A stretch of 64,000 nt of DNA from Eledone cirrhosa (GCA_964016885.1 OZ024742.1:238328001-238392000); one strand, 5' to 3'. Positions 1 through 14,639 are shown, numbered from the stretch's first letter. Numbers and translations: made by a program. The notes: generated by a model from the letters alone, not told the origin.

Positions 1-997
1 AAAGCTGTTCCGTTAATCAAATCAACTGGAACACTCATCGTCGTAACAGACGAGCGCTCAACAACAAGACAATAGATTCAATTCACTATGGGACTAAAAC
101 TCATTTCATCTCGAAATGTTCAGATATATTTCTAATATTGTCATAGTCGTTCCTTCAAACGATTTCTTTTGAAAATCTTCAAAATCATTAACACCTTAAT
201 TTACGAGAATTCGGTATTAAGTTCCTATGATCGAATTTCAGTTTCACGTCATATGTACAATTTATTCCTTAGATATTTACTAACAACAATACTTGAATAA
301 TTGAAATCGTTTCTGACAATTCTTTTCCTATTTTCTTTATCCTTTTTCTCTTACTCCCTCGCCTTCTTTTATTCGTAGTAGGAAATCACTTTGTAGTTAA
401 ACCGATGTTTTGTTATTTAACCAAATGACTTGGCAATCTAGTTTTTATTGGACTTTCTTTGTTCATCGTGCATTTGATGATTCTTGTCTAGGCATTTCGA
501 GAAGCACCGTTCAAAGAATAAGCAATTTAATACTGAAGCGATTAGATGCCGCAATATGACTAAAAACAAATCCAATCGCCTAACGATTCTAGAAGCTGCA
601 AACTCCGTCATATTTTATCAATATAATATTATAGAATTATGATTGGGATTTAAAAAGAGCGGTCCTTCCATTTTGTTTTGTTTATAATATTGTATTCTCT
701 AACTGATAAAGTCTACCCTACTACATATCCTCTGTGAAGAGATACAGTATGCATTCTTGGCTAATTAAATCAAATAAGTTTAGGTTTTGTTTATGTGGTG
801 TCATGAGCTCCCTTTGACATTGTTATTCTCTCTTTCATCTGAAACGAGCTCATTTTGATATCGTTATCCTCACTTTGATGTGACATTTTCATACTTAGAA
901 TTACAAATACTGTAGTTTCCATTATCAGACACTAAATAAGAATTTAAAATTTAAAATTAATACCGAAATAGTGAAACAGTTTAACATTGTTATTATC

Positions 998-1170
998 GGA
1001 CATGCTTTATGGTCCCTTTACGATCTGAGTTCAAATCCCGCCGAAGTTAGCTTTGCCTTTCCTCCTTACGGGGTCGATGAATCAAAGCACCAGTAATGCA
1101 CTGGGGTCGATTTAATCAACTTTCCCCTCCCCCAAATTTGCTGGCCTTGTGCCTAAAGTAGAAACAATTA
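998..1170 (+). mobile_element. Nin/Deu-domain SINE
   Basis: Same core and tail, followed by (ATT)n. Confidence 0.85.
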
Positions 1171-1199
1171 TTATTATTATTATTATCATTTCATTTATC

Positions 1200-1490
1200 T
1201 TGCTTACATTTGTGATATACTTATTCGGTGGAATTTTCCTTAGTATATGGGCAGTTCCATTAGTACTATCTTTCGTATTTGTTCTATACTCGAGTTTCCT
1301 GAGATTTGGGATAAGTAATCATTAGCCCCCTTAGGTAACATTCCGAGAGCGCCTACAACCACTGGTATTGTTTTAGCTCTCAACTTCCACATTTTTCCAA
1401 TCTCTATTTGTTCAATTTTTCAAATGTGTTTATAGACACATTCTTTTCTCTAGGAACGGTCATGTCAATTAACAGGGATTCCCTCAAGCT
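1200..1490 (-). mobile_element. Degenerate R4/Dong-like 3' fragment
   Basis: Near match to 7990-8240 (gagcgcctacaaccactggtattgttttag). Confidence 0.75.
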
Positions 1491-1794
1491 AGACGTCAAT
1501 AGAGAATATTTATTTTCCGATATCTTTGTAATAATTGTGATTAATGAGACATCTTAACTCGTCTTTTCCTTTGCATTTTCCAATATCTTTATTTTCTCTG
1601 TTGATATTATTGTTTTACTTATTTTTTCCATGCTTCCATGGATTGGACCTGTGATTCTTAAACATGAGGAACTGGGCCGGCAGTAGAGGAAGTTTAAATC
1701 CCAGGTGAAAAGGTTTAGCCAAAGAAGAAGAATGGGAGGAATCTTAGTGAGGGGACAAATCCAAACTGGGAAAGGATTGTGTAAATTGTGTAGA

Positions 1795-2142
1795 CACCAA
1801 ACTATAGTGTATATTGTGTATATACCAAATGGAATTCCAATATACCCAGCTATAGTGTATATTGTGTATATATCAAATAAAATACCAAACTACCAAACTA
1901 TAGTGTATATTGTGTATATATCAAATAAAATACCAAACTACCAAATTATAGTGTATATTGTGTATATATCAAATGAAATACTAATATACCCAACTATAGT
2001 GTATATTGTGTATATATCAAATGAAATACTAATATACCCAACTATAGTGTATAGTGTGTATATATCAAATGAAATACTAATATACCCAACTATAGTGTAT
2101 AGTGTGTATATATCAAATGAAATACTAATATACCCAACTATA
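1795..2142. repeat. ~49-bp minisatellite, ~7 copies
   Basis: Unit ~CAACTATAGTGTATATTGTGTATATATCAAATGAAATACTAATATACC. Confidence 0.9.
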
Positions 2143-3049
2143 AGAGTGATCACAAAAACACTACTGTTTCAGTCCTAATTCCGTTTGGGACTGTACAAAT
2201 ATTGAGGTTTGAAAAGCTTGCTGCTGCTAATATGATGCTTAGGTGAAAAATTCCAAGAAAACAATTCAAAATAGAAGAGGAATTGAGAAAAATTGAGATA
2301 ACGAAGGAAGGAATGTGACCTATGTCTCTGAGAAACACTGGACTATACAATTATTGATGTTTGAAAAGCTCGCTCATGTTAATTGGTGTTTGGGTGAGAA
2401 ATTACTAATTAAAAATTACAATTCAAAATGGAGAATTGAGGAAACCTGCAGGACTAACCAAAACTGTTACTGGTACTCATTTTCAGCTGACCTGGAGAAA
2501 CATAAAATGATGCTCCTTGTTCAAGGACACAATGCGTTAGCTGGCTGGAAATCGATCCCAAGACCTTGACTTCAACACCCAATATCATAATCACTAGGCT
2601 ACGTATCTTCACTTGTATATTGATATCGTTCAATAAACATCGTGTCAAGCTATTATGGTGGCGAAGTGGCAGAATTGTTGGGAACCTTGCGGTTATCATT
2701 CCATCCCCCTGCACCCTTGTCCAAATCCCACTGATATGTTTTTTTATAAAGTTGGTGTGCAAGAGGTCTGGATTGGCAGAATGCTAAAAACATCCGACAA
2801 TATATTGTGCTTCATTTATTCCAGCTGAATACTAAGCTAACTTTGCTTTTCATCCTTCTAGGATTGGTAAAATAAAGTACCAGTCAAGTATAATCGACTT
2901 TCAAACCGTTTGTTATCAAAGGTTTTAAGTTTTTTTTTTCTAATTACTGAAGCATGTGATGTAAAGATTGTGTGAATTTGATGGAATGAGAGTAAGCTAT
3001 GATAAAAAAACAGCATCATTAATTAATTATTTTGTTCATTTCTTTACAG

Positions 3050-3541
3050 GTTGTCGAACTATTACTTGATAGATGCAATTCTACAACTATTCATGAGGCA
3101 CTCTTGCAAGCTATCAGTGCTGGTCACGAAAATATAGCTGAAACGATTCTTAAGCATCCCAAATACAAAGACATCAAAAGAGAAAATAAACGTTTTGGAG
3201 AAACAGACTACTTCTATAACCAGACGAGTGAAGATTCACCATTTTCCTCCGATATCACACCGCTTATTTTAGCAGCAGAACGAAACCAGTTCGAAATAGT
3301 ACAACTCTTGTTGTTAAGAGGTGATACTATTCAGAAGCCACATCACTATTACTGCGCGTGCCAGGAATGTAACAACAAGTTACAATTTGATCAGTTGAGA
3401 CTTGCAAAAACAAGGCTCAATGCTTATCGGGGTTTAGCAAGTGGGGCATACATATCGTTATCAAGTAAGGACCCGGTACTCACTGCATTTGAACTAGCTC
3501 AAGAATTACGAGATGTGGCACGGGTTGAGAAATATTTCAAG
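3050..3541 (+). CDS. TRPC: TRPC-family channel, internal exon A (ankyrin repeats + TRP_2 Cys/His motif)
   Basis: tttacAG acceptor, AAG|gtaatg donor, 492 nt, phase 0-0. Encodes DITPLILAAERNQFEIVQLLL...KPHHYYCACQEC...RLNAYRGLASGAYISLSSKDPVLTAFEL, diagnostic of TRPC/TRP/TRPgamma N-termini. Paralogue not resolvable by eye. Confidence 0.95.
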
Positions 3542-4199
3542 GTAATGTATACAAATTATATTCAATTACAGTATGATGTAACAGCTCTTTATTATCTGGG
3601 TTTTAATTCTAACTATGGTCAACTTTACCTTTCATCTTTCTGGGGTCGATAGTACCAGTCAAACACTGGAGTCGATGTAATCGATTTATCGAATTTACCT
3701 CGACACTTTAAGTTTGTACCTAAGTTCACAATGTGAAAGACGGTGAATTAACAGAGTTCTTAGAGTATCGGATTAAATGCCTTCGTATTTGATCCGACTC
3801 TCTACGCTTTGAATTCAAATTCCGCCGTAGTCATCTTTACCTTTCACCATTTTGGTGTCAATAAATACAACACAAATCTAGGAACGGTGGATTATCCGAA
3901 TTCTTAAGACGTCAATCGGGATATTTTGCAATATTTGCTCTGGCTCTGTAGGTCTTGAGTTCAAATCTTCCCTCCTTTTACAGGTGATGATGCTCCTGCC
4001 ATGAATTGCGACAGGTGGATAGTATCAGCAATGAAACGATCCATGGAAATATAATTTTATTGATCCAATCTGAGAATTAGCCTTTTTCCTTTCTTATTAT
4101 TATTGCTATTGATGTTGTTTTGTTTCAGGTCAGCCTTGCCTAAGCAGATATTTTTCTCGATTATATATACATACATATATATACATACATCACTTCACT

Positions 4200-4792
4200 T
4201 CCACGTAAATATATATATACATATACATAATATTAGGGATACTATTTATGGTTATGTATATACTAAAACTTTTTATAGTTATATATATTTTAAACCCTAA
4301 ACAGTGAAGGTCAGTAATTTATTACTACTTTATTACCAGTAAGATAAATAGCTCAATGTAATAACATCAGTTGTTCTACAGAGCAGTTATATAGAATTCA
4401 CAAGAATCAAAGCTATGTTCAAAGCATTTTTTCACTTACAATTGTTTCATCCAAACCTAGGCTTGGAGTCTTCGGAGCATTTTTCAATGTTTGTACACAT
4501 GATTGACCTCCCTTCCAACGCAAGAGACATACAGATACATATGTATATATTGATGTACAGTGGAGTGACATATATTATATTATATAATTTTACATATTAT
4601 ATTATATTATATTAGTCACTCCACTGTACATCAATATATACATATGTATATGTATGTCTCTTGCGTTGGAAGGGAGGTCAATTATGTGAACAAACATTGA
4701 AAAATGCCCCGAAGACTCCAAGCCTAGGTTTGGATGAAACAATTGTAAGTGAATAAATGCTTTGAACATAGCTTTGATTCTTGTGAATTCTA
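4200..4792 (-). mobile_element. TA-embedded hammerhead element with inverted duplication (arms 4392-4569 / 4615-4792)
   Basis: ~178-bp arms with few mismatches. The long arm has an extra tail; the short arm ends in (TA)n. Confidence 0.85.
4433..4751. ncRNA. Pair of mirrored hammerhead motifs with CCGAAGA core (4433-4479 minus, 4705-4751 plus)
   Basis: tgct-CCGAAGA-c tccaa gcctaggt ttgga t-GAAAC aatt GTA-agtg in both arms of a palindrome. Confidence 0.62.
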
Positions 4793-4793
4793 C

Positions 4794-4857
<64 letters not shown>

Positions 4858-5170
4858 ACTAGAAATTGATTGACATATAAATATATCTAAAATAAATATG
4901 AAACAATCACGGGGGATAATTTGTAAAAGTGTGTAAGCACACATAGCTGGGTAGGTAACTAAATAAAGTTTAACTGGAACTTCAAAAATAGATACCTTAT
5001 AAATTGATTAATCTTCCTTGTATATATTCCATTAAAGAAATATATTTCATATAAATCAATTTCTAGTTGATATAAAATGCTCGGATCTATTCATTAGAAT
5101 CTTGGAGCATATTTTACGGGTGATATGGCGCATGTCTATCTGATATGACACCCTTAATTTATCTTAATTT

Positions 5171-5220
<50 letters not shown>

Positions 5221-5332
5221 TAAAAGGAATTCCAACTTTGCCTGATTTACTCGTTTTATTTACAATCCTTTCAAATTTATAATGGTATTATAATGAAATA
5301 GTATGATAGAATATTAAATGTTAAGTGTTAAT

Positions 5333-5371
5333 TGAACAAGTACTTTCATGCTTTCGCAATCTTCAGGTACA
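5333..5371 (-). ncRNA. Hammerhead ribozyme, same family as 43469-43507
   Basis: Element 5217-5400 is the reverse complement of 43440-43625. Core identical; one stem I mismatch. Confidence 0.75.
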
Positions 5372-5449
5372 TAACGTGTGGTGACAGTCAAGTTTTCAAT
5401 GAAAATTGCAAACTTGACTCTTTGAAGAGGAGGTAGTTGATGGTAAGCT

Positions 5450-6045
5450 CTCCTCTTCCCAGCTTGTATCCTGCTTTCACTTTTCGCAATATGAGGGATA
5501 AGGGTATGAGGCTAAGGACAAACTATCTCCTTGGAAGATACCTCTCTTGATCTTCACGCCTCCCAAGGATTCCCCACCTAATGTTAACTGTCTCCCAGGA
5601 CTTCATACTATTACTTAATTGCTGTCTAATGTTGTCTGCCACATTGAAGATTTCTAGGTTTTGGGTTATCCAAGAATGAGGAACCATGCCGAGTGCCTTC
5701 TTGTAGTCTTTCCATCCCATGGCAAGACCAGTATGCCTCCTCTTGAAATTCCTTATTACCGTCTTGTCAATAAGTAACTGGTCTTTTGTACCACAGGTCT
5801 TCTTCCAGCATCCTTTCTGTTCGTCCGGCAATAAGTTGTTTGTGGAGGTGACAGTAGATTTCCTCAGACACAATGCTTGTTAGCAATTTCCATATTAAGG
5901 ACAGACATGTGATAGGGCTATAGTTGGTAACATCATTACCCTCGATTCAGTCTTTCATTACCAGAACTGTGGTACCTTTTATCAACCACTTTGGTACTTC
6001 ACCCGACAGCAAGCAGTATTTCAACATGGCTGTTAGTTTTGGGTT
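5450..6045 (-). mobile_element. Internal RT fragment of the R4/Dong-like family
   Basis: [10 protein letters not shown]...DYKKA...VPHSWI. Parallels 26640-27230. Confidence 0.85.
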
Positions 6046-6206
6046 ATTAATATTATTATTATTTTATATTTTTTTTATTCCTTTTCCTTCAGAATTGTTT
6101 CTGATATATGCCGAGTGTCTTCCTGACACCTAGGGCAAATAAATTCAGTGTATACATTGGTAAGCCAGTTAACACACCACATTGAATATAATTTACAGCT
6201 TTAAAA

Positions 6207-6246
<40 letters not shown>

Positions 6247-6273
6247 TTTTATATATATATTTATATATATATT

Positions 6274-6310
<37 letters not shown>

Positions 6311-6329
6311 ATATTTATATTTATATTTA

Positions 6330-6362
<33 letters not shown>

Positions 6363-6427
6363 ATATTTATATATATATTTATATATATATATATTTATAT
6401 ATATATATATATATAATTTTATATATA

Positions 6428-6511
<84 letters not shown>

Positions 6512-6578
6512 AATAATGGAGCTGCGGCGCTGCAAATGGGTTACATATGAAAAAGTGTGTCCTCATCATATATATATA

Positions 6579-6713
<135 letters not shown>

Positions 6714-6995
6714 ATATATATATATATATATAATTTTTTTAAAGCTGTAAATTATATTCAATGTGGTGTGTTAACTGGCTTACCAATGTATACACTGAAT
6801 TTATTTATATATATATATAGGAAAAAGTATGACCTCGACGGCAGAGCTCAAGCCGTTAGTCCAGAAATAGCCATCGAAACGGCGTGAGCTCTGCCGTCGG
6901 GGTCATACTTTTTCCTATTTCCCACACTACTACCCTAAGTATTGAGTACTCTGGTGCGTTATGGTCCATCTGGTTCCTTACCACAATTCCTTTGT

Positions 6996-7067
<72 letters not shown>

Positions 7068-7474
7068 CATATATGTATATGCACATACACATACATATAT
7101 ACATATACATACATACACATACACATACACATCATATACGCACACATATACACATATATATATACATACATATATGCACACATATTACATATATGCACAT
7201 ATATACATACACACACATATATATACATACACACATATACATACATATACATACACACAGATGTATATACAAACACACATGTACACATACATATATACTC
7301 ACACAAACATATACATACATACACACATCTACACATCCACACACATACGCACATACACACACACAAACATACACACACATAGATACACATACATACTCAT
7401 ACACATATATACACATACATATACACATATATAAATGAAATATATCCATGCACGTACGTACACACACACACAAA

Positions 7475-7542
<68 letters not shown>

Positions 7543-7559
7543 CACACATCCACACAAGG

Positions 7560-8420
7560 AAGGATATCAATGTTACAGAGATAGTGCACTTCTCAATACG
7601 TGTGCAGTACCAGTCAAAACAATTTTGTGCACCTCTTGCAGAGAGGGAATCATTCACAAATACTGTTCCTTTCTTGACCATTCCCAGCGCTCCAACAATC
7701 ACTGGTATTGTAACGGCCTTGAGGTGCCATATTATTTCGATTTCAATAAGCAGATTTTTATATGGGCGGGGGGCTCGTGTCATTTTGGAGTCATGCCATT
7801 ATTATTATTATTATTATTACAGTTGCATTTATCTTGCTTTATGTTCATACGAGTTATCACCAAGTCTCACAACCAGTGACCTCAAGAGACAACAAGGTCC
7901 GCCATTTTCAAGAAAGAACATACATACTCACACATGCATCTTTAGGTGTTTAGACTTGTGATGTACTTATATTGACAGAATCTTCCTTAGTATATGTGCA
8001 GTTCCCATTAGTACTATCTTTTGTATTTCTCCTATACGCGGGTTTCCTGGGATTTGCGATAAGTAATCATTAGACCCCTTAGGTATCATTTCTAGAGCGC
8101 CTACAACCACTGGTATTGTTTTAGTTCTCAATTTCCACATTTTTACAATTTCTATCTCCAGGTCTTTATACTTGCTCAATTTTTCAAATGTTTTTATAGA
8201 TACATTCTTGTCTATTGGAACGGACATATCAGTTAGCAGGCATACCCTCTTTTTAAAGTCCTTCAGTATTATATCAGGTCTATTTGCATCTATTTTTCGG
8301 TCTGTTTGGATGCTAAAGTTCCACAAGATTGAGATGTGATCTTTTTCAAGTACGGTAGGTGGTTGATGCTCCCACCAATTCTTTTGATGGGGCAGGTCAA
8401 AATGCTTACACATTATCATT
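7560..8420 (-). mobile_element. Two 3' RLE-domain fragments of related R4/Dong-like families (7560-7797, 7925-8420)
   Basis: IQTDRKIDANRPDIIL...KLSKYKDLEIEI...IPVVVGAL...GTAHILRKILS, and IPVIVGALG. Confidence 0.8.
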
Positions 8421-8669
8421 GTATGTATTGTGCAGCTCTGTTGTGCTTGTTTAGGTATTCGGTTGGAGCTATAGGAGTGCACATTGAAATTATATGATCA
8501 ACGGTCTCTAGTTGTTTTTTACATACACGGCACAATGGACTGCATCCATTTTTATTATGTTGGCTTGGTAATTTTTTGTTGGCAGACACAATTAGTCCTT
8601 CAGTCTTTTTATTATTATTTTTTTTTTTATTATTATTATTGTTGTTGTTGTTATTGTTGTTGTTGTTAT

Positions 8670-8986
8670 GGGCGGTGGATTGGCAGTATCGGTAGAGGGT
8701 CGGATGCCATGCTTTGCCGCATAGAGTTACGGCCCTTGATGGTCTGAGTTCAAAACCCGTCGAGGTTAACTTTGCCTTTCGTCCTTACAGGGTCGATAAA
8801 ATAAAGTACCAGTCACGCACTGGGGTCGATTTAATCGACTTTCCCCTCCCCCAAAATTACTGGCCTTGTACCTATATAAGAATCAATTATTTTTGCCTTT
8901 CATCCTTACGGGGTCGATAAAATAAAGTACCAGTAATGCACTGGGTAATTTGCTGGCCTTGTGCCTAAAGTAGAAACAATTATTAT
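8670..8986 (+). mobile_element. tRNA-derived Nin/Deu-domain SINE plus a partial second copy
   Basis: A box TGGCAGTATCGG, B-like GAGTTCAAA, core GCCTTTCATCCTTACGGGGTCGATAAAATAAAGTACCAG, tail GGCCTTGTGCC..AGTAGAAACAATT. Confidence 0.88.
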
Positions 8987-9198
8987 ACTCATTATTATTA
9001 TTGGTCTAAGCGGACGTATTTTGCTCGCTCACAGTAAGTCGCTTTATTTGCCTGTTAATATTATTTGTTGTTAAATATTTCTTGTTGTGTAAGGGATATA
9101 AGCCCTTAGACTTTGCCCCGTGAAGGGGAAAGTATAATATTTGACCCAAATATTTGAACTTTTTTTACATGTTAAAAAATTTACGAAGAAAAAAAAAC

Positions 9199-10935
9199 AT
9201 GGCTGAGCCACACCCCCCAGCGATATGTCGGCTGTCGTGCGACAACGACGTAGAAGTTGAGAGGAGCGCTACAGCGAAATTAACACACATTGATAACACA
9301 AACACCACCACAAACAAGGTAAACAAAGACACCAATGATACCAATGAGAATTTTAATTTTGAAAAAAATGACAGTTACAGCGACAACGAAAATACAGATA
9401 ACAAAAAAAAATAACAAATACAACAACAATATCAACACCACTAACATGAAAACAAATAGCGACAACACCAATAGCAATAATACCAACTGCACCGAGAACA
9501 ACGGCGGCAACAAAGACAACAATGATAACAGCGACAGTGCTAACAACAACACCAACAAGAAAAACGACAACAAAACCCCCAAAGAAAACAAGAAGAACAC
9601 TGCGACAGCAGCAAAAAAGAAGCCATGCTTCAACATGGACCTCTCAAACAAAGATGAAAAGTTGGCCCAGGCCTGGAAGCTCATCGAGCAAGAACAAACC
9701 TGGGCCAACTTAACTGTCCCGGTAGAAGCTATTGAGGCAAAACGGTGCATTATAGATGCATCTCAGCACAAACCAAAAGGGCAGCTTTAATCCCACAAGA
9801 TGTTGAAGTCGCGCTGAGGTGCATCAGAGAAGAGACCCAGTACATAGAGAGGGGCAGACAGTACGGCACCATTTCGGTGCTGTTCAAGTCAGAAGCCCTC
9901 GCTATGAAACACGCTATGACTCCTTGCAAAACCAGCAAGGTCATAATGAACGGCTCTTCTCCGCATTCCCAGAATCCCACCAGGACTTGACATGTGGTGG
10001 CTTCTGGGATGTATGATTGTGGAGGGGACGGATACAGTCCCTATAGAAGTGACCAGAACGGCCAGAGAGGACTGGTCCGGAGTTGACCTGGAGATCCTTC
10101 TCCAGATCAGGCCCGAGAATGTGAAGACAATCCCGGACCACATCCACCTTCAGAATGGGACGGTCATTCACATTATGACCGAAGGCAAAAGGCCGCAGTG
10201 TTTTGTTTGTGGGGAAAAAACCCATTTGCGAGCCTTCTGCCCTCAACTGCTGAAAGAGGCAAGGGGTCGAAAGGCTCCACTGCTGCCGACGCCGGGGCGA
10301 GGACCACAACCAACACCAGCACCGGCAAAACCACCAACAGCAACACCAATAGAAAGACCACCACCAACATTGACCACCCAGGGGGGAAACGAGGAAAGCT
10401 GTCAAATTCCCCCTCCCCCCAAAAATACACACACCAATAAAACCATAAACATACATACAGACACACTTACAGACACAGATCCCTCATCTACCAGTAGTGA
10501 AAATGAAGGAAATCCAAAATTCCCCAAAATACAAAAAAGGAAACACAAAAAGAAAAAAAAAACACAACAAAGCACAAAAGCACCCACAATAAAAAAAAAC
10601 GCAGACACCACCCACGCAAACATCAACACCACCATCACCATCACCAGAATCCCCCAAACGCAAACAACCGAAACAGACGCAAGAACAAATATACACACAA
10701 ATATCTGAAACCACAGATACCGCACTCACAACAAACACAGATACAACCAAAACAACACCACCAAAACCATCACCACCACAGCCACATTCAAAGAAATACG
10801 AGACAGCTTTCCTCGGGACGTGGGAACCCCGAACGTAAAACCCACTTCAAGACTTTTAAAGGGGTTCCCAAAAGAAATCCCACTAACTATGGAGGTCGAA
10901 CAACCCGACCTTCACAAGAGCCCGGAAGGTAAGTA
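9199..10935 (+). pseudogene. Tx1-like ORF1 (gag-like), frameshifted
   Basis: Consecutive ORF pieces 9154-9414, 9335-9790, 9745-9990 and 9992-10708. Zinc knuckle CFVCGEKTHLRAFC; Asn/Thr/Pro low-complexity linkers. Confidence 0.75.
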
Positions 10936-10967
10936 AACCTTCCTCTATCTCTGTTTAACCAGCCAAC

Positions 10968-13900
10968 ATGGCCGTATTAAGAGTAGGATGTTTAAATGTT
11001 CGAGGCCTGGGATCGTCCTGGAAGCAGGGCCACCTGCTCAACGACCTCATGTCTATAGAAATGGATGTAATTGCAGTCAGCGAGACCAGGATTTCCGACA
11101 CGCGCGCACTAGCCCTCATTTTCGACGACTATCAGATCTTTGCAACCGTTAGCCGGCCGGGAATGGGAGGCGGGGTGGCAGTGCTGTTTAGGAAAGGCCT
11201 GGATCTCGAGGTAAGGTCGATCTTCCGGGACCCTGACGGGAAGTTGGTGGTCCTGGACGTGAACAATAATGAAGGTGGTGCCTTTAGACTGGTGGCCGTC
11301 TATGCTCCTACTGGGGCAGGACGGCCGGACTTCTTTAGACGCCTGGAAGCCTTTCTGGGTACGTCTCGCCCTTTACTGTTAGCGGGGGACTGGAACGGCA
11401 TCTTAGACGCACGCTGGGACTGTGTGGGAGTATCCGATAGGAGTGGGGGGTGCAAAAGCCTCAAGAACCTTATCAGCCAGTTCCAACTGTACAGACTAGA
11501 TTTCCCTAATGCGCCAGTGTGGACCTGGGCTAACCGCATAGGGTCATCTAGATCGTATATAGACAGGATATTCATTAGGAAAATAGACAGAAATAGTGTA
11601 AGCTGTCCACGTTTTGAAACGGTCGCCTATTCAGATCACAAGTTTGTCATCTGTATGGTCGACCTAGATAAGACGCGTAGGTTAGGACCTGGTTACTGGA
11701 AGCTAAACATGTCATTTCAGGCACGTAAGGCTTACAGGGACCAAGTCAACAATTTAGTTAATAAAAAGTTGACAGGGAGAGTCGTCAACAACAGATGGTG
11801 GGGGGCTCTCAAAAGAGAGATTAGAATAATGTCGATAGAGTTTAGCAAAGAAGTAGCATTAGAGAAAAATAGAAAGGAGGGGGAGTTGGTAGATAAGTTA
11901 GACGAGGATATTGGTAGTGGCATTGCAACTGATGTGCTAGCGGCGAGAATGGCATTAGACCATTTCTTCAATGCGAAACACGAAGGTTGCATTGACAGAG
12001 CTAAGGCGCGTGCTCTGAGAAACGAGGGAACCAAAGCTGTTCGATGGGCCCGCGTGGCGGAGGCGCAGCATGGTAATAAAACCACAATTCGCTCTTTGAC
12101 GGACCGAGACGGGCACGAGCTGAGCTATTCCAAGAGGATGTGTGAGGCCTTTCGCCAACATTTTGCTCGGTTGTTCGGGGGAAGTAGCGGGTCAGAGATG
12201 GTGGCGGACTTCAGTCCCTACCTCGATGGCTTGCCGCAACTCTCGACGGCTGACGCTGGGCGCTGCGAAAGACCAATTACTTCAGCCGAGATTCAGGATG
12301 CCCTTGTCGGCTGCATGAGGCGCAAGTCACCCGGTTTGGATGGTCTGCCCTATGAGCTTTACGTAAATATGCCAGACTTGTTCTCCAATCTCCTCGAAGC
12401 CCTCTACTGCAACTGGTAGCAAAACGGGAGTATTCCCAGTTCTGTGAGCCGGGGCGTAGTGACGTTGATAAGGAAAGACGAGAACAAGAGGGACACATTA
12501 GACAATTTCAGGCCCATTACTCTGCTCAACACAGAGTTTAAGATTTTGGCCAGGGTGTTAGCGAAGAGGTTGGCGCTTGTCGTCGGGGATTTGGTTGGGG
12601 AGGCGCAAACTTACGCAATCCCTACCAGGTCTATACACGACAACCTCCACCTAATGCGATACATCATAGAGAGGGTAGGGTGTAAACCTGGCTTCGGTGG
12701 GGCTCTGATCAATTTAGATCAATCGAAAGCATTCGATAGGGTCGACCGTCGACCAAGGCGGCTGGCTTCGGCCCCGTCTTCAGAAGCTGGATCGCTGCAA
12801 TGCACAGCGGCACCTGCTCGATGGTCAAAATTAATGGCCACCTCTCGGAACCGTTTCAGGTCTCCCTATCGGTCCGTCAAGGGTGCCCTCTCTCCTCCCT
12901 TCTGTACGTATTGAATCTCGAGCCTTTACTGCAGAAGCTGGAGCTGTTGCAGGGCAACCCGCTCGAACCGGGACGCGGAAAGGCTGTGTCGGCTTATGCG
13001 GACGACATCACCGTGATGGTGTCGGACACCTCAGAAATCGAGGTGGTCGGCAACTTACTGGAGGAATATGAAAGGTTGACGGGAGCAAAACTTAACCCGG
13101 AAAAGTCAGTGGGCTTGCAACTCGGCACCTGGAGGGGCAAGTCCATGCCGTCCAACAGCGTCGTTAGGCGCTGGACGGACGGACCGGTAAAATTGCTAGG
13201 GGTTTGGTTCGGGCCAGACCTCCGGTGGATAAGAATTGGGACGAGGTGACGGGCAGGGTAGTCAGTCTCACCCAGAAATGGGCTGGGATGAAGCTATCAC
13301 TGAAAGGTCGGGCGGAGGTGGCGAACGCGTACATCGCGTCCGTCATCTACTACCGTCTGACTGTCGTCCCTTGCCCCCGTTCGCGCCTCGCCATCTTGGA
13401 GCGGCTCCTCTTCAAATTCTTGTGGAGGGGTCAGGTTCCGCTGGTGAGGCGGTCCATCTGCTGCCAGTACCCTCTACGTGAAGGGCTGGGCATGCCGTGG
13501 CTAATGATGCGTAGGCACGCGCTGAGGCTGCGGCATCTCCAGATATTCTGCCTAAACGGTGAACAGGTGTGGTCGCCGTTTGTCAGACGGGCCTTTCTGC
13601 AGCTCGTTTCTTTGACTGAGTTGCAGTCCTGGGTCAAGAAGAGACCGAGACTGGGTGACTGGCATCTGGAATGTTGCCAGGCACTCACTGCGCTCTACCA
13701 GGCGGGCAATGCGGTCAGTGGAACTTCCACTCTCGAGTTCTATAGAGGATTAATGGTGGGCAAGTGCGACGACGCACTCGGAGAGGCTCTGGGAGTCAAT
13801 GAAGTCGAACTAACCAGTCTGTACCGGAGGACTTTCGAGCCGGGGACGATGGATAATTTCCAAAAATCCCTCGCTTGGCAGTGCTACCGGGGGGCACTGC

Positions 13901-14343
13901 CGGTTCGAGATAAACTCTACAGGCACGGAAGTGCTGTCAGACGGACCTGCCCGAGATGCGCGCAGAGCGACGAAACCGTTCTGCACGCACTCGTCCAGTG
14001 TCCGTGCATTACTGACTTGTGGAGTTATGTTGAACAGCTGTTGTCGCGTGTAGAACGGATCCGGCTATCGGCCGAGTCCATAGTGAAGATCGACCCGCCG
14101 CCTTCTTTTGGCCAGGAAGGGCAGGCAATTTTCCTGTCTGGTGGCAGTAGCGAAAGAGGTTGTATGGTGGACGAGGTTGAAAGGACTGAAGACAGACACT
14201 TTTCTCTTCGGCCAATCCCACATCAACTTTTTCAAGTTTCACTGGGAAAGGAAGGTGAGGGTGGAGAGAGAAGTGCTGCTGAAAGGTGGGTGAATGTGGC
14301 GAGAATGGCCCGTGTGAGTGGGCCTACTCTGGTCATGCGGTAG
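10968..14343 (+). pseudogene. Tx1-like ORF2 (AP endonuclease, reverse transcriptase, C-terminal CCHC), disrupted
   Basis: LNVRGL, SET, VYAP, GDWN and SDH (APE); KSPGLDGLP, FRPITLLN, LDQSKAFDRV, VRQGCPLS and AYADD (RT); CPRCAQSDETVLHALVQC. In-frame TAG at 12417 and several frameshifts. Confidence 0.92.
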
Positions 14344-14639
14344 GTAGGTAAATTTGAAGAGGAGAGGGGTGCCCTTCCAGGGTGCTCTCGAAGCGTTGGG
14401 TCGTTCAGGACTGGTGGGGAACCTGAGCGAACCCTAGGTGGTCATCCCCCTTATTGGGGAATTTTTTCTTGTTGTAATTTTCTTGTGACTTTGTTATTGT
14501 TATTCATATTGTTTACTCGATTTTTATGTAAAACCCCACTGTCCCAGTCTTTTGTATTGTCCCCTATATGTCGGCCTTTGTGGCCAATAAATGAAATCAG
14601 TACTGGGTAATTGCTGGCCTTGTGCCTAAAGTAGAAACA

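Larger units (their letters stand above)
9003..14597 (+). mobile_element. Near full-length Tx1-like (L1 clade) non-LTR retrotransposon, inactivated
   Basis: GC-rich 5.6 kb block with an ORF1 (CCHC knuckle) and an ORF2 (APE-RT-CCHC). 3' UTR ends GGCCAATAAATGAAAT. Confidence 0.9.

Noticed and set aside
1705-2178. 157-aa repetitive ORF
   Set aside because: Read-through of a minisatellite; no splice or homology support.
3542-3652. ORF continuation after exon A (likewise 51013-51366 and 58140-58210)
   Set aside because: Intronic read-through past canonical GT donors; TRPC similarity stops at the donor.
3984-4073. GTGATGA...CTGA as a C/D snoRNA, or TGATGA...GAAAC as a hammerhead
   Set aside because: No terminal stem or recognisable rRNA guide. 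As a hammerhead it lacks C3 and stem I, so at most it is a decayed motif.
8670-8765. tRNA gene
   Set aside because: The A/B-box-like head belongs to the multi-copy SINE; no cloverleaf.
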